Source: Mobula hypostoma
Lineage: Eukaryota
NCBI RefSeq assembly: GCF_963921235.1
Contig: NC_086100.1
Span: 202,494,001-202,558,000 of the forward strand
DNA length: 64,000 nucleotides
Direction of reading: 5' to 3'
In this document: piece by piece, positions 1-12,351 of the stretch
Layout: the number at the start of each line of letters is the position of its first letter
Position numbering within the stretch: the first letter of the stretch is position 1
Made by a program: the position numbers and the translations under genes
Notes under the pieces: generated by a model
Databases searched by the model: none
Told to the model about the DNA's origin: nothing
The model's input: only the letters and a program-made list of their open reading frames with translations

Positions 1-2839
1 AGGAACCGATGCAGGTGAGACGGAACCGTCTCTCCCCTGCTGAGCGACTTCGGAGACGGAGAGCTCGGGATTGTTACCTTTGCAGCCAGCCGGGACATTT
101 CCGCGATACTTGTCCTCTACCGCCAAAAGGGAGGGCTCACCAGTAGAAAGGGGGACCCTGGTGAGCCGGACGATACTCCCTTCGGTGCCCCAGACCCGAT
201 GCAGATCTCGGCTACCGTGAATTACAAAAAGTCCCTGTCCCTATCCGCGTTGGTGGATTCCGGTGCCGAGGCAAATCTCCCGGGCTGGAATACCTCGGAA
301 GACGTTAAGTACCCCTCGAGAGGCCCGGGCGCTGGACGGAAAACTGGCTCAGGTTACCCACTGGATGCCATCCCTGACCTTGATCTGTCCAGAAACCATC
401 GAGAGGAGGTACGATTTAATCTCATCCACTCTCCTCAAGCCCCTGTAGTTCTAGGATATCCCTGGCTGAACCAACACAACCCCTACATCCACTGGTGTAC
501 TGGGCGGACAGCCAGCCGGAGCCCGTTTTGCCACGCCACCTGTCTGCGTTCGGCTCCATCCCCTAGGGAGGCTACCGCGACCTCGCCTGTCCTGGAACCC
601 CTCGACTTGTCCGGAGTTCCTGCAGAATACCATGACCGGGACAGGATTTCAGCAAACAACGGGCTCTTTCCCTGCCTCCGCCACCCGTATGATCGCGCTA
701 TCGACCTTCTTCCCGGGGCTTCGCTACCCACCAGTCGTTTTTATAACGTATCCCGACCGGAGAGAGAGACCATGGAGAAATACATTAGTGAGTCCCTCGC
801 GGTGGGCATTATTCGACCTTCATCCTCCCACTGGCTGGAGGGGGCGGAACACCCGTTTATTGTTTGGACTGATCATAAAAACTTGGGATATATTCAGACC
901 ACCAAACGTTTGAACTCCCGCCAGGCCCGTTGGGTATTATATTTTGGTGGGTTCAAGTTTTCCCTCGCATACCGTCCAGGGTCCAAGAAGCCGGACGCGT
1001 TCTCCCGCCAATACGACTTCTAGCCCAGAGACTATCCTCCCACCATCCTGTGCGGTGGCAACCCTCACTTGGGAGATTGAGTCCATAGTAAAGGAAGCCC
1101 AACGGGATGACCCCGACCCCGGCAATGGACCCGCCGATCGCCTTTTTGTGCCTGATTCCGTCAGATCTCAGGTTCTCCAGTGGGGGCACACATCTCGGTT
1201 CGCCTGCCACCCCGGGAGTGATCGGACCCTGGCTCTCCTGAAAAGACACTTTTGGTGGCCTTCCATGGAGGCGGATACCCGTTCCTATATCTCCATGTTC
1301 CGTCTGTGCTCGTGGAAAAGCCTGCCATCGGCCACCCGCGGGATTACGTCGTCCCCTACCTGTCCCTGGTCGTCTTCGGTCACACCGCCCTAGGTTTCAT
1401 CACCGGTCTACCCCCTTCACACAAACACCACCGTACTCACCGTGGTAGACCGATTCTCCAAATCGGTGCACTTCGTAGCCCTCCCTAAACTCCCCTCCGC
1501 TCAGGAAATCGCAGACCTTCTCGTCCGCCACGTCTTCCGCCTCCACGGAATCCCCGCGGACATCGTCTCCGATCGAGGTCCCCAATTCATCTCGCGGTTA
1601 TTGAAGGCCCTCTGTCAAGCCTTGGGTGCCTCGGTCAGCCTGTCATCCGGCCTCCACCCACAGACGAACAGGCAGACGGAACGGGTCAACCAGGACTTGG
1701 AGACGACGCTACGTTCTATTACAACCAACAACCCGTCTACTTGGAGTGACCACCTCGCGTGGGTTTAGTAAGCCCACAACCCTCTGGTTAGTACTGCCAT
1801 TGGAAGGTCTCCCTTCGAGTGCTCCCTTGGGTACCAACCCCCGCTGGTCTCCGCGCAAGAAGAGATGTGGTGCTGTCTGTTCAGGCCCATATCGATCGGT
1901 GCGCAAGGTTTGGCAGGACACACGCCCGGCCCTGCTCAGATCAGCCGATCGCAATAGGAGGATTGCTGACCGACACCGGACTCCTGCGCCTGAGTATCGA
2001 CCTGGGCAGATGGTGTGTCTCTCATCCAAAGACATCCCTCAAAAACGAGCCTAAGAAACTCACCCCCTCGCTTCCTGGGACCTTTCAAGGTCGAAAGTGT
2101 CATCAGCCCCACAGCAGTCAGACTTAAACTACCAAGACCTATACACATCCACCCTACTTTTCATGTTTCCCAATTAAAACCACTTTCCGTCAGCCCCTTG
2201 TATCCTTCACCCGCCCGGATCATCGACCACCATCCAGCATACAGCGTCCGGCAGCTAGTACACGTGCGCCGTCGGGGCAGGGGCCTCCAATACCTGGTCG
2301 ACTGGGAAGGGTACGGCCCAGAGGAGCATTCCTGAGTACCCCGCTCCTTCATCCTGGACCCCACCCTCATCCAAGACTTCCATCGGGACAAGCCTGGAGG
2401 TTCGCCTGGAGGCTCCGGTTGGTGGTGGTGGGGCGGGGGGGGGGGTTTACTGTCGTGGACCCGTCTGGCAATTCCCTATCTTGCTATTACCACCTCAATT
2501 GGGCCTTGATCCCCTCGTCTGATTTCCAATCATTCCCCGTTCCACTAATTACAGCACACCTCGTTCCCATTAGCGAACGTAGCGAAACTCCGGCGACACA
2601 GCCATGCCTCGCCAGTTCGTTGGTTGACTCTAGTGTGAGTAAACCCCGTTTTCTGATTCCTTGGGACTGTCAGTTCTAAGCTCCGCATCATTGCCTGGAT
2701 ACTCTACGTAAACCTTGTCCCCGTGTGAAGACTCTCCCGGATATCGGTTCCACTTTCGCGGCGGTGCTAACGCCTCACGACTCCGCCTCTGCGCCGGTGT
2801 CCTGCACTTGGGTTCGTCCTCGGCCTCGTCCTTGCAACA
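1..2839 (+). mobile_element. Ty3/Gypsy chromovirus (sushi-like) LTR retrotransposon, defective; 5' part lies outside the window
   Basis: Gag zinc knuckle [14 protein letters not shown] (72-113, stop 144-146). Protease motif [10 protein letters not shown]. RNase H end [19 protein letters not shown]. Integrase ([42 protein letters not shown]). Chromodomain [22 protein letters not shown]. Many frameshifts and stops. Confidence 0.95.
2451..2839 (+). mobile_element. 3' LTR of the Gypsy element
   Basis: G-rich polypurine tract (~2430-2445) immediately precedes TGTCG. The segment ends CAACA and follows the chromodomain. Confidence 0.75.
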
Positions 2840-3099
2840 CAAGGATGGTTTGCACCCAAGTGCTGGGACGAAGACAGGGTTCTAAACTAGCATCCAAAGT
2901 ACAACTGATGACTAAGGACCGATTCTCAGTTCAGGTGCTCTTTAAGTATTAAAATCCTGGCGCCAAAACCTGGCAGTCATTTAGCGGCGCGGGTCTGAAT
3001 CTTGAAAGGGGCTTCGACAGCTGTACATATTCTGGAGAGTTAGAGCGTCCGAACCCTGGAGACTGGCGCGGTCTGGTAGGTGTCGCAATGTGTTGGTCT

Positions 3100-4617
3100 T
3101 TACCACCATACCATAGAATCGTAGAGAAGTGCAGTACAGGAACAGGCCCCTTGGCCCAACTGATCCATGCGGAAAATATTTAAATTGCCTACTCCCATCG
3201 ACCCGCGCCGGAATTGTAATCCCAGACAAACCCGTACCTACCCAAACTTCGCTGAAACGAAGTCGAGCTCGCATGCACCACATCTGTTAGCAGCTGAAGA
3301 CCGTCTGAGTGAATAAGTTTTCCGTCATGTTCCTCTTAAATTTTTCACCTCTCACCCTTAACCCATGACCTCTGGTGTAGTCCCACCCAACCTCAGTGTA
3401 AAGATCCTACTTGCATCTAAATCCTTCATAATTTTGTTTACATCCATCAAATCTCCTCTCGATCTTCTGCAGTCCAAAGAATACAGTTCTAATCTATTCA
3501 ATCTTTGCCATCCAGGATTTACAGATCTGGCAACATCCTTGTAATTTGCTCTCTATTCTTTCAAACTTGTTTACATTTTTCCATGTGGTTAGGTCACAAA
3601 AACTGCACATAATACTCCAAATTAGGCCTCACCAACATCATACACAACTTCAACATAACATCCCATCTCCTATGTTCAATACACTGATTAATGAAGGCCA
3701 ATGTGCCAAAAGCTCTCTTTACAACCCTATCTAACTGTGACGCCACTTACAATGAATTATTCCCAGATCCCTTGGTTTCACTACACTCCCCACTGCCCTA
3801 CCACTCACTATTAAGACCTATTCTAGTTGGTTCTACCGAAATGGAAAGCCTTGCACTTGGCTGCAATAAATACTATCTACTATTTTCAGCCCATTTTTTT
3901 TCAGCTGATGCAGATCCCTCTATCCCATGATAGCTTTCCTTGCTCTCCACTAAGCCCCCAAACTTGCTGTCATCACATTATCATCCAGATCATTGATACA
4001 GATGACAAAGAACCCTGCCCCGATCTCTGCTGCACACCACTAGTCACAGGCCTCCAGTCAGAGACCTGGCCATAAGACAGTAAGACACAGGAGCTGAATT
4101 AGGCCATTTGCCCTGTTGAGTCTGCGCCGCCATTCGATCATAGCTGATACAATTTTCCCTCCTCAGCCTCACTCCCTGGCCTTCCTCCCTTAAACTTTGA
4201 TGCCAAGTCCAATCAACAAACTATGAAACTCTGCCTTAAATATACCCAACGATCTGGCCTTCACAGCTGCCTGTGGTAACAAATTCCACCAAGGTCAGGC
4301 TAACTGGTCTATAACTTCCTTTCTGCTGCCTCCCACTTATGAAATACACCTTTGCCAGAAAGCAGCCTGTACAAATCCATACTTGCCAGATCATTTCTGA
4401 TGCCAGTAAAGTTGCCCTTTCTCCATTTTAAAATCTCAACCCGCAGACCCGGTCAATCTATTTCCATATTTACTAATAGCATTGTGGTCGCTGGATGCAG
4501 AATGTTTCCCTACACAAACTTTTTCCACCTACTGTCTTATTCACTAAAAACAAATCCAGCATCGCATGATCTCTGGTTGGTTCCTTTATATACCAATGAA
4601 AGAAACTTTCCTGAACT
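3100..4617 (-). mobile_element. Old degenerate CR1 LINE fragments; continues at 7021-7480
   Basis: Reverse-complement CR1 3' UTR, RT and endonuclease pieces. ...ACTTTCCTGAAC (4617) rejoins ACATTTGACAG (7021) across the younger insertion. Confidence 0.75.
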
Positions 4618-7020
4618 CCCATACTGTTAGGGGTCTAGATGGTTTAGAGTTTGTAAAATGTGTTCAGGAAAGTTTTCTAAATCAGTATATAGAGGGACCA
4701 ACTAGAGGGGATGCAATATTGGATCTCCTGTTAGGAAACGAATTAGGGCAAGTGACAGAAGTCTGTGTAGGGGAGCACTTTGGTTCCAGTGATCATAACA
4801 CCATTAGTTTCAATTTGATCATGGACAAGGATAGATCTGGTCCTAGGGTTGAGGTTCTGAACTGGAAGAAGGCCAAATTTGAAGACATGAGAAAGGATCT
4901 AAAAAGTGTGGATTGGGGCAGGTTGTTCTCTGGCAAAGATGTGATTGGTAGGTGGGAAGCCTTCAAAAGGGAAATTTTGAGAGTGCAGAGTTTATGTTCC
5001 TGTCAGGATTAAAGGCAAATTGAATAGGAATAAGGAACCTTGGTTCTCAAGGGATATTGCAACTCTGATAAAGAAGAAGAGGGAGTTGTATGAAATGTAT
5101 AGGAAATAGGGGGTAAATCAGGTGCTTGAGAAGTGCAAGAAAATACTTAAAGAAATCAGGAGGGCAAAAAGAAGACATGAGGTTGCCTTGGTAGTCAAAG
5201 TGAAGGATAATCCAAAGAGCTTTTACAGGTATATTAAGAGCAAAAGGATTGTAACGGATAAAATTGGTCCTTTGAAGATCAGAGTGGTCGGCTTTGTGCG
5301 GAACCAAAGGAAATGGGGGAGATCTTAAATAGGTTTTTTGCGTCTGTATTTACTAAGGAAGCTGGCATGAAATCTATGGAATTGAGGGAATCAAGTAGTG
5401 AGACCATGGAAACTGTACAGATTGAAAAGGAGGAGGTGCTTGCTGTCTTGAGGAAGATTAAAGTGGATAAATCCCCGGGACCTGGCAGTGTTCCCTCGGA
5501 CCTTGAAGGAGACTAGTGTTGAAATTGCAGGGGCCCTGGCAGAAATATTTAAAATGTCGCTGTCTACGGGTGAAGTGCCAGAGGATTGGAGAGTGGCTCA
5601 TGTTGTTCCGTTGCTTAAAGGATCGAAAAGTAATCCGGGAAATTATAGGCCGGTGAGTTTAACGTCAGTAGTAGGTAAGTTATTGGAGGGAGTACTAAGA
5701 GACCAGAATCTACAAGCATTTGGATAGACTGGCTTATTAGGGAAAGTCAACATGGCTTTGTGCGTGGTAGGTCATGTTTGACTAATCTGTTGGAGTTTTT
5801 CGAGGAGGTTACCAGGAAAGTGGATGAAGGGAAGGCAGTGGATATTGTCTACATGGACTTCAGTAAGGCCTTTGACAAGGTCCCGCATGGGAGGTTAGTT
5901 AGGAAAATTCAGTCGCTAGGTATACATGGAGAGGTGGTAAATTGGATTAGACATTGGCTCAATGGAAGAAGCTGGAGAGTGGTGGTAGAGAATTGCTTCT
6001 CTGAGTGGAGGCCTGTGACTAGTGGTGTGCCACAGGGATCAGTGCTGGGTCCATTGTTATTTGTCATCTATATCAATGATCTGGATGATAATGTGGTAAA
6101 TTGGATCAGCAAGTTTACTGATGATACAAAGATTGGAGGTGTAGTAGACAGCGAGGAAGGTTTTCAGAGCCTGCAGAGGGACTTGGACCAGCTGGAAAAA
6201 TAGGCTGAAAAATGGCAGATGGAGTTTAATACAGACAAGTGTGAGGTATTGCACGTTGGAAGGACAAACCAATGTAGAACATACAGGGTTAATGGTAAGG
6301 CACTGAGGAGTGCAGTGGAACAGGGATCTGGGAATACAGATACAAAATTCCCTAAAAGTGGCGTCACAGGTAGATAGGGTCGTAAAGAGAGCTTTTGGTA
6401 CATTGGCCTTTATTAATCAAAGTATTGAGTATAAGAGCTGGAATGTTATGATGAGGTTGTATAAGGCATTGGTGAGGCTGAATCTAGAGTATTGTGTTCA
6501 ATTTTGGTCACCAAATTACAGGAAGGATATAAATAAGGTTGAAAGAGTGCAGAGAAGGTTTACAAGGATGTTGCCGGGACTTGAGAAACTCAGTTACAGA
6601 GAGGTTGAATAGGTTACGACTTTATTCCCTGGAGCATAGAAGAATGAGGGGAGATTTGATAGAGGTATATAAAATTATGATGGGTATAGATAGTGAATGC
6701 AAGCAGGCTTTTTCCACTGAGGCACGGGGAGAAAAAAACCAGAGGACGTGGGTTAAGGGTGAGGGGGGAAAAGTTTAAGGGGAACATTAGGGGGGGCTTC
6801 TTCACACAGTGGTGGGAGTATGGAATGAGTTGCCAGACGAGGTGGTAAATGCGGGTTCTTTTTTTAACATTTAAGAATAAATTGGACAGATACATGGATG
6901 GGAGGTGTATGGAGGGATATGGTCTGTGTGCAGGTCAGTGGGACTAGGCAGAAAATGGTTCGGCACAGCCAAGAAGGGCCAAAGGGTCTGTTTCTGTGCT
7001 GTAGTTTCTATGGTTCTAAC
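4618..7020 (+). mobile_element. CR1 LINE, 5'-truncated ORF2 (endonuclease C-terminus plus RT) and 3' UTR
   Basis: ORF fragments GDAILDLLLGN..SDHN, NYRPVSLTS, GRSCLTNL, DFSKAFDKV, GVPQGSVLGP, KFTDDTK, LEYCVQFWSP. Tail TTTCTATGGTTCTA. Confidence 0.95.
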
Positions 7021-7724
7021 ACATTTGACAGATTCTATCCTATCTAGTCCTTTTACAGTATGGGATTTCATGTCAATTTGTGGAAAGTGCAAATCACCTA
7101 CCATAACAAGTCTGTTTCTTGAAATAGTCTGATCTCTCTACAGATTTGTTCTGTGTCTTTCAGACTGCTGGGCAGTTTGTAATGTAGCCGCATTAACGTG
7201 GCCATACTTATTTCTCAGATCCAGCCATTACCGCGTCACTATTCGAGTTCTCCGGTCTGTTCTGACGGAGCACTGCCGTGACATATTCCCTGATTGGTAA
7301 CGCCGCTCTGTCACGGGCGGAATACTGACTGACAGTCCTGCGCCACCTGCAACCAAGTCGCACTGACGCGTACAATGTCATAATTGCAGGTGTGGATCCA
7401 TATGCCCTGAGCTCATTAGCCTTTCCTACGAGACTTCTTGCATTGAAATATACAGAGCTCAGAACACTGTCCACCCCAACTATGGCCCCTGACTGCCTTT
7501 GATTTGCTCCTGCTATCATTCCCAAACGCCAGATGGTCGCTGGTCAGAGCTAAAATAAACTGCCGCGATACCCCGCAGCCCATTTCTGTTCGGTCAGAGC
7601 GCCTGAGTGGAATCCCCGCCTCGCAAACTTCTCACGTCCGGACTGGTCGCTGGTCAGAGCTCAAATAAGCTGCTGTGATCCGCCGCTGCCATTTGGAAAA
7701 ATAGGCCGTAGTCCGCATGGTTTT

Positions 7725-10390
7725 AGAAACATAGAAACCCTACAGCACAATACAGGCCCTTCGGCCCACAAAGCTGTGCCGAACATGTCCCTACCTTAGA
7801 AATCACTAGCCTTACCCATAGCCCTCTATTTTTCTAAGCTCCATGTACCTCTCCAAAAGTCTCTTAAAAGACCCTATCATATCTGCCTCCACCACCACCA
7901 TTGCTGGCAGCCCATTCCACGCACTCACCACTGAGTGGGGGAAAAAAACTTACCCCTGACATCTCCTCTGTACCTGCTCCCCAGCACCTTAAACCTGTGT
8001 CCTCTTGTGTCAACCATTTCAGCCCTGGGAAAAAGCCACCGACTATCCACACGATCAATGCCTCTCGTCATCTTGTACACCTCTATCAGGTCACCTCTCA
8101 TCCTCCGTCGCTCCAAGGAGAATTGACCAGGTCCACTCAACCTATTCTCATAAGGCATGCTCCCCAATACAGGCAACATCCTTGTAAATCTCCTCTGCAC
8201 CTTTTCTATGGTTTCCACATCCTTCCTGTAGTGAGGTGACCAGAACTGAGCACAGTTCTCCAAATAGGGTCTGACCAGGGTCCTATTTAGCTGCAACATT
8301 ACCTTTCGGTTCCAAAATTCAATTCCACGATTGATGAAGGCTAATACACCGTATGCCGCCTTAACCACAGAGTCAACCTGCGCAGCTGCTTTGCGCGTCC
8401 AGTGGACTCGGACCCCAAGATCCCTCTGATCCTCCACACTGCCAAGAGTCTCACCATTAATATTATATTATGCCATCATATGTGACTTACCAAAATGAAC
8501 CACTTCAACTTATCTGGGTTGAACTCCATCTGCCACTTCTCAGCCCAGTTTTGCATCCTATCAATGTCCCACTGTAACCTCTGACAGCCCTCCACACTAT
8601 CCACAACACCCCCAACCATCGTGTCATCAGCAAACTTACTAACCCATCCCTCCACTTCCTCATCCAGGTCATTTAGAAAAATCACGAAGAGTAAAGGTCC
8701 CAGAACAGATCCCTGAGGCACACCACTTGTCACCGACCTCCATGCAGAATATAAAACGCAAACAAGAGGAAGTATGCAGATGCTGGAAATTCAAGCAACA
8801 CACACAAAATGCTGGTGGAATGCAGCAGGCCAGGGAGCATCTATTGGAAGAGGTACAGAAGAGGGTCTCAGCCAGAAACGTCGAATGTACCTCTTCTAAT
8901 AGATGCTGCCTGGCCTGCTGTGTTCACCAGCATTGTGTGTGTTCCATGCAGAATATGACCCATCTACAACCACTCTTTGCCTTCTGTGGGCAAGTCAGTT
9001 CTGGATCCAAAAAGCAATGTCCCCTTGGATCCCATGCCTCCTTACTTTCTCAATAAGCCTTGAATGGGGCACCTTATCAAATGCTTTGCTGAAATCCATA
9101 CTGGTCTTCGTTCATCAATGTGTTTAGTCACATTCTCAAAAAATTCAATCAAGCCCTTGACAAAGTCATGTTGACTATTCCTGATCATATTATACCTCTC
9201 CAGATGTTGATAAATCCTGCCTGTCAGGATCTTCTCCATCAACTTGCCAACAACTGAAATAAGACTCACTGGTCTATAATTTCCTGGGCTATCTCTACTT
9301 CTTTTCTTGAATAAGGGGACAACATCCACAACCCTCCAATCCTCCAGAACCTCTCCCATCCTCATTGATGATGCAAAGATCATCGCCAGAGGCTCAGCAA
9401 TCTCCTGCCTCTCCTCCCACAGTAGCCTGGGGTACATCTCATCCGGTCCCGGCGACTTATCCAACTTGATTCTTTCCATAAGCTCCAGCACATCCTCTTT
9501 CTTAATATCTACATGCTCAAGCTTTTCAGTCTGCTGCAAATCATCCCTACAACCAACAAGATCCTTTTCCATAGTGAATACTGAAGTAAAATATTCATTA
9601 AGTACCTCTGCTATTTCCTCCGGTTCCATACACACTTTCCCACTGTCACACTGGATAGGTCCTATTCTTTCACATCTTATCCTCTTGCTCTTCACACACT
9701 TGTAGAATGGCTTGGGGTTTTCCTTAAACCTGCCTGTCAAGGCCTTCTCATGGCCCCTTCTGGCTCTCCTAATTTCCTTCTTAAGCTTCTTCCTGTTAGC
9801 CTCATAATTTTCTAGATCTCTGACATTACCTAGCTCTCTGAACCTTTTGTTAGCTTTTCTTCTTGACTAGATTTACTACAGCCTTTGTACACCATGGCTC
9901 CTGTACTCTTACCATAATTTTTCTGTCTCATTGGAACATACCTATACAGAACTCCACACAAATATCCCCTGAACATTTGCCACATTGCTTCCGTTCATTT
10001 CCTTGAGAACACCTGTTCCCAATTTATGGTTCCAAGTTCCTGCCTTTTAGCTTCATATTTCCCCTTACTCCAATTAAATGCTTTCCTAACTTGTCTGTTC
10101 TTATCTCTCTCCAAAGCTATGGTAAAGGAGATAGAATTGTGATCATTATCTCCATAATGCTCTCCCACTGAGAGATCTGACACCTGACCAAGTTCATTTC
10201 CCAATACTAGATCAAGTACAGCCTCTCCTCTTGTAGGCTTATCTACATATAGCGTCAAGAATTTTTCCTGAAGACACCTAACAATCTCCACTCCATCTAA
10301 ACCCCTCGCTCTAGGGAGATTCCAATTGATATTTGGGAAATTAAAATCTCTCACCACGCCAACCCTGTTATTATTACAGCTTTCCATAAA
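7725..10390 (-). mobile_element. CR1 LINE ORF2 and 3' UTR, interrupted at 8753-8942
   Basis: Minus-strand ORFs 7925-8437, 8476-8733, 9042-9740 and 9995-10387 carry CR1 endonuclease and RT motifs. Confidence 0.93.
8753..8942. mobile_element. Short fold-back insertion derived from Penelope-like termini
   Basis: 14-bp TSD TCCATGCAGAATAT at 8739-8752 and 8943-8956. Internal inverted arms of about 60 bp surround a loop containing GAAACGTCGA. Confidence 0.75.
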
Positions 10391-10394
10391 TTGT

Positions 10395-11075
10395 GTGATT
10401 ACAAGGTCTCGAATGTACTGATGGTGTAGCCTGAGTGATTACAGGGTCTCGGGCGGAGCCAATAGTGTAGTCTGAGTGAGTAACTGCAGGGTCTCGGAGA
10501 GTGCCGATACCGTGGCCATTGTTAGTAATTACAGGGTGTCGGGTGGTGACAGTGATGTAGTCTGCGTGATAAGAGTCTCGGGAGGTGACTTCTGGGTCTC
10601 GGCAGGTGCCGATGGAGGTGCGTCTGTGAGTAACAACATCGTCCCGCGAGGTTGCGTAGGTGTTGGTGCCAATCATGTAGTCTGTGTGATTACAGGGTCT
10701 CGGAAGGTGCCGATGGTGTAGACTGTCTGAGTAACTACAGGGTCGTGGGAATGCCAGTGTTGTAGTGTGTGTGATGACGGGGTCTCGGGAGATGCCGATG
10801 GAGTCGTGTGTGTGAGTAACTATATGTTCTCGGGATGTGTCAAAGGTGTAGTGTTTGTAAGTAACTCTTCTTCTTCGGCTGTCATCGATTTCGATGTGGT
10901 AAGTAACTACAGGGTCTCGGAAGGTTCGGATCTTGTGGTGTGTGTGACTACGGGGTCTGGGGAGACGCCGATGGTGCAGTGTATGTGAGTAAACACAGGG
11001 TCGGGAGGTGCCGATGTTGTAGTCTGTGTGTTTACAACTTCTCGGGATGTTCCGATGGTGTAATCTGCGTGATCG
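10395..11075. repeat. Degenerate minisatellite, ~39-45-bp unit
   Basis: Recurrent GT(G/A)A(T/C)TACAGGGTCTCGGGAGGTGCCGATGGTGTAGTCTGTGT-like units, about 16 copies. Confidence 0.85.
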
Positions 11076-11429
11076 ACGCTGTATGCTGGGCTGGCGATGG
11101 AGAGAATGGAGGGCTACCGACCAAGGAGCTCGTGTGTCCTTGATGTTAATGAGTGGTTGGGTCTGCATTCACAGACAAATGCTGAGTGTTCCACAGGTCG
11201 TCTGATTTGTATCCTGGAGAGTGGGGTTGGCGGCGCTGGCCACCGGAGATGGCTCATGCACTGCAGGCCGTGCGCCTCTGCACGCTGTTTACGTGGCTGC
11301 GACAATGTTTCTGCTGAATGGGGGCTCTCCCCCGCCCGGGATGTTGGTGGTGAGGGATTCAGTGACGGAGAACCCGTGTGTCGAAGGTAGGTGACTGAAC
11401 CCTTCGCTGTTGTCAGAGTTCTGATGCCC

Positions 11430-12332
11430 CGGAAACTGGCCACGCACTTTCGGACACAGTACCTTTCCGGACCCGGACAGCTCGGTCCGTGCTGCGTTGC
11501 CGGAGCCCCTCGTGTTGATGGACGTTGGTCCCCTAGTGCTGTCTCACGTTAAGGACTGGGGGGCGGGGTGTGGGGTTCAGGGAGACGGGCCCTTGCTCAT
11601 GTTTCAGTTAATGCCCGTTAATCCAGTGGATTAACGAGTCAGTGCAGTACTGTACCTCCATTCCCGCTGTTTGTGGAACAGGGGGCCCACAGGGATGTGA
11701 CCAAAGCCCGGCTCATCATCTGGAAGTTTAGAGCCGACTAGGATAAGTTTCCGACACTTCCTTAAGGCAGCCTCCGCCGATCTCGGTCAACGCTGAGGCT
11801 GCTCACGCTTACTGTGCAGTAACCGGAGCCAGGAACCTGCGGCAAACTGATACCGTCTCTCCCAGAGCGCACATGGGGCAGAAGTGGCAGGCTCCGGCAA
11901 GGAGCCGGACACGGCCGACATGGACACCAGACTGAGCTACGGTATCGCTGCCTCTTTAGGACACAGTCGGAACCCTCAGGGATCATGACCTTCGACCTCA
12001 CTCCGACGTGAGGTGGGAGGTGTGGGGGGTTGGGTGTGGAGGGAGCAGGAAAGCGAGGGGAGGTGGGAGGTTCGGGTGGTGGAAGGGAGGAAGGTCAGGG
12101 AAAGCCCCAGGCAGGTGACTGGGCGGGATCTCATAGTGCGAAAAGGAGGGGAGAGAGGGTCCCAGGCAATGGGGAGGGGGATTTCCCAGGCTGCAGGCAG
12201 CCTCTCCCTCTTGTTCTGGGGCAAGGGGATAGGGAGACAAGGGGAGGCAGTGGGGCAGGTTGCAGGGAGCCTCTGCCCCATCCTGTCCCGGGTCCTGGCA
12301 GTGTCGAGTAACCGAGTACCAATTTCCCACAG
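11430..12332 (+). promoter_or_regulatory. Putative LGALS3BP promoter, 5' exon and G-rich first intron
   Basis: CpG-rich unique sequence. Candidate donor CCGAC|GTGAGG at 12007/12008 and acceptor TTTCCCACAG at 12332. NF-kB-consensus sites GGGAAAGCCCC (12098-12108) and GGGGATTTCCC (12177-12187). Confidence 0.45.
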
Positions 12333-12351
12333 GCTGACTGGCGCACTGACC

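Noticed and set aside
2950..3100. CpG-rich stretch resembling an rRNA or structured RNA fragment
   Set aside because: I could not match it to any conserved rRNA or snRNA motif.
10374..11168. 264-aa His/Thr-rich minus-strand ORF
   Set aside because: It is a translation of the degenerate ~40-bp minisatellite with no domain signal.
11430..11765. ISRE in the putative promoter
   Set aside because: Only half-sites (GGAAAC, ACTTTC, AGTTTC) are present; I found no full AGTTTCNNTTTC.
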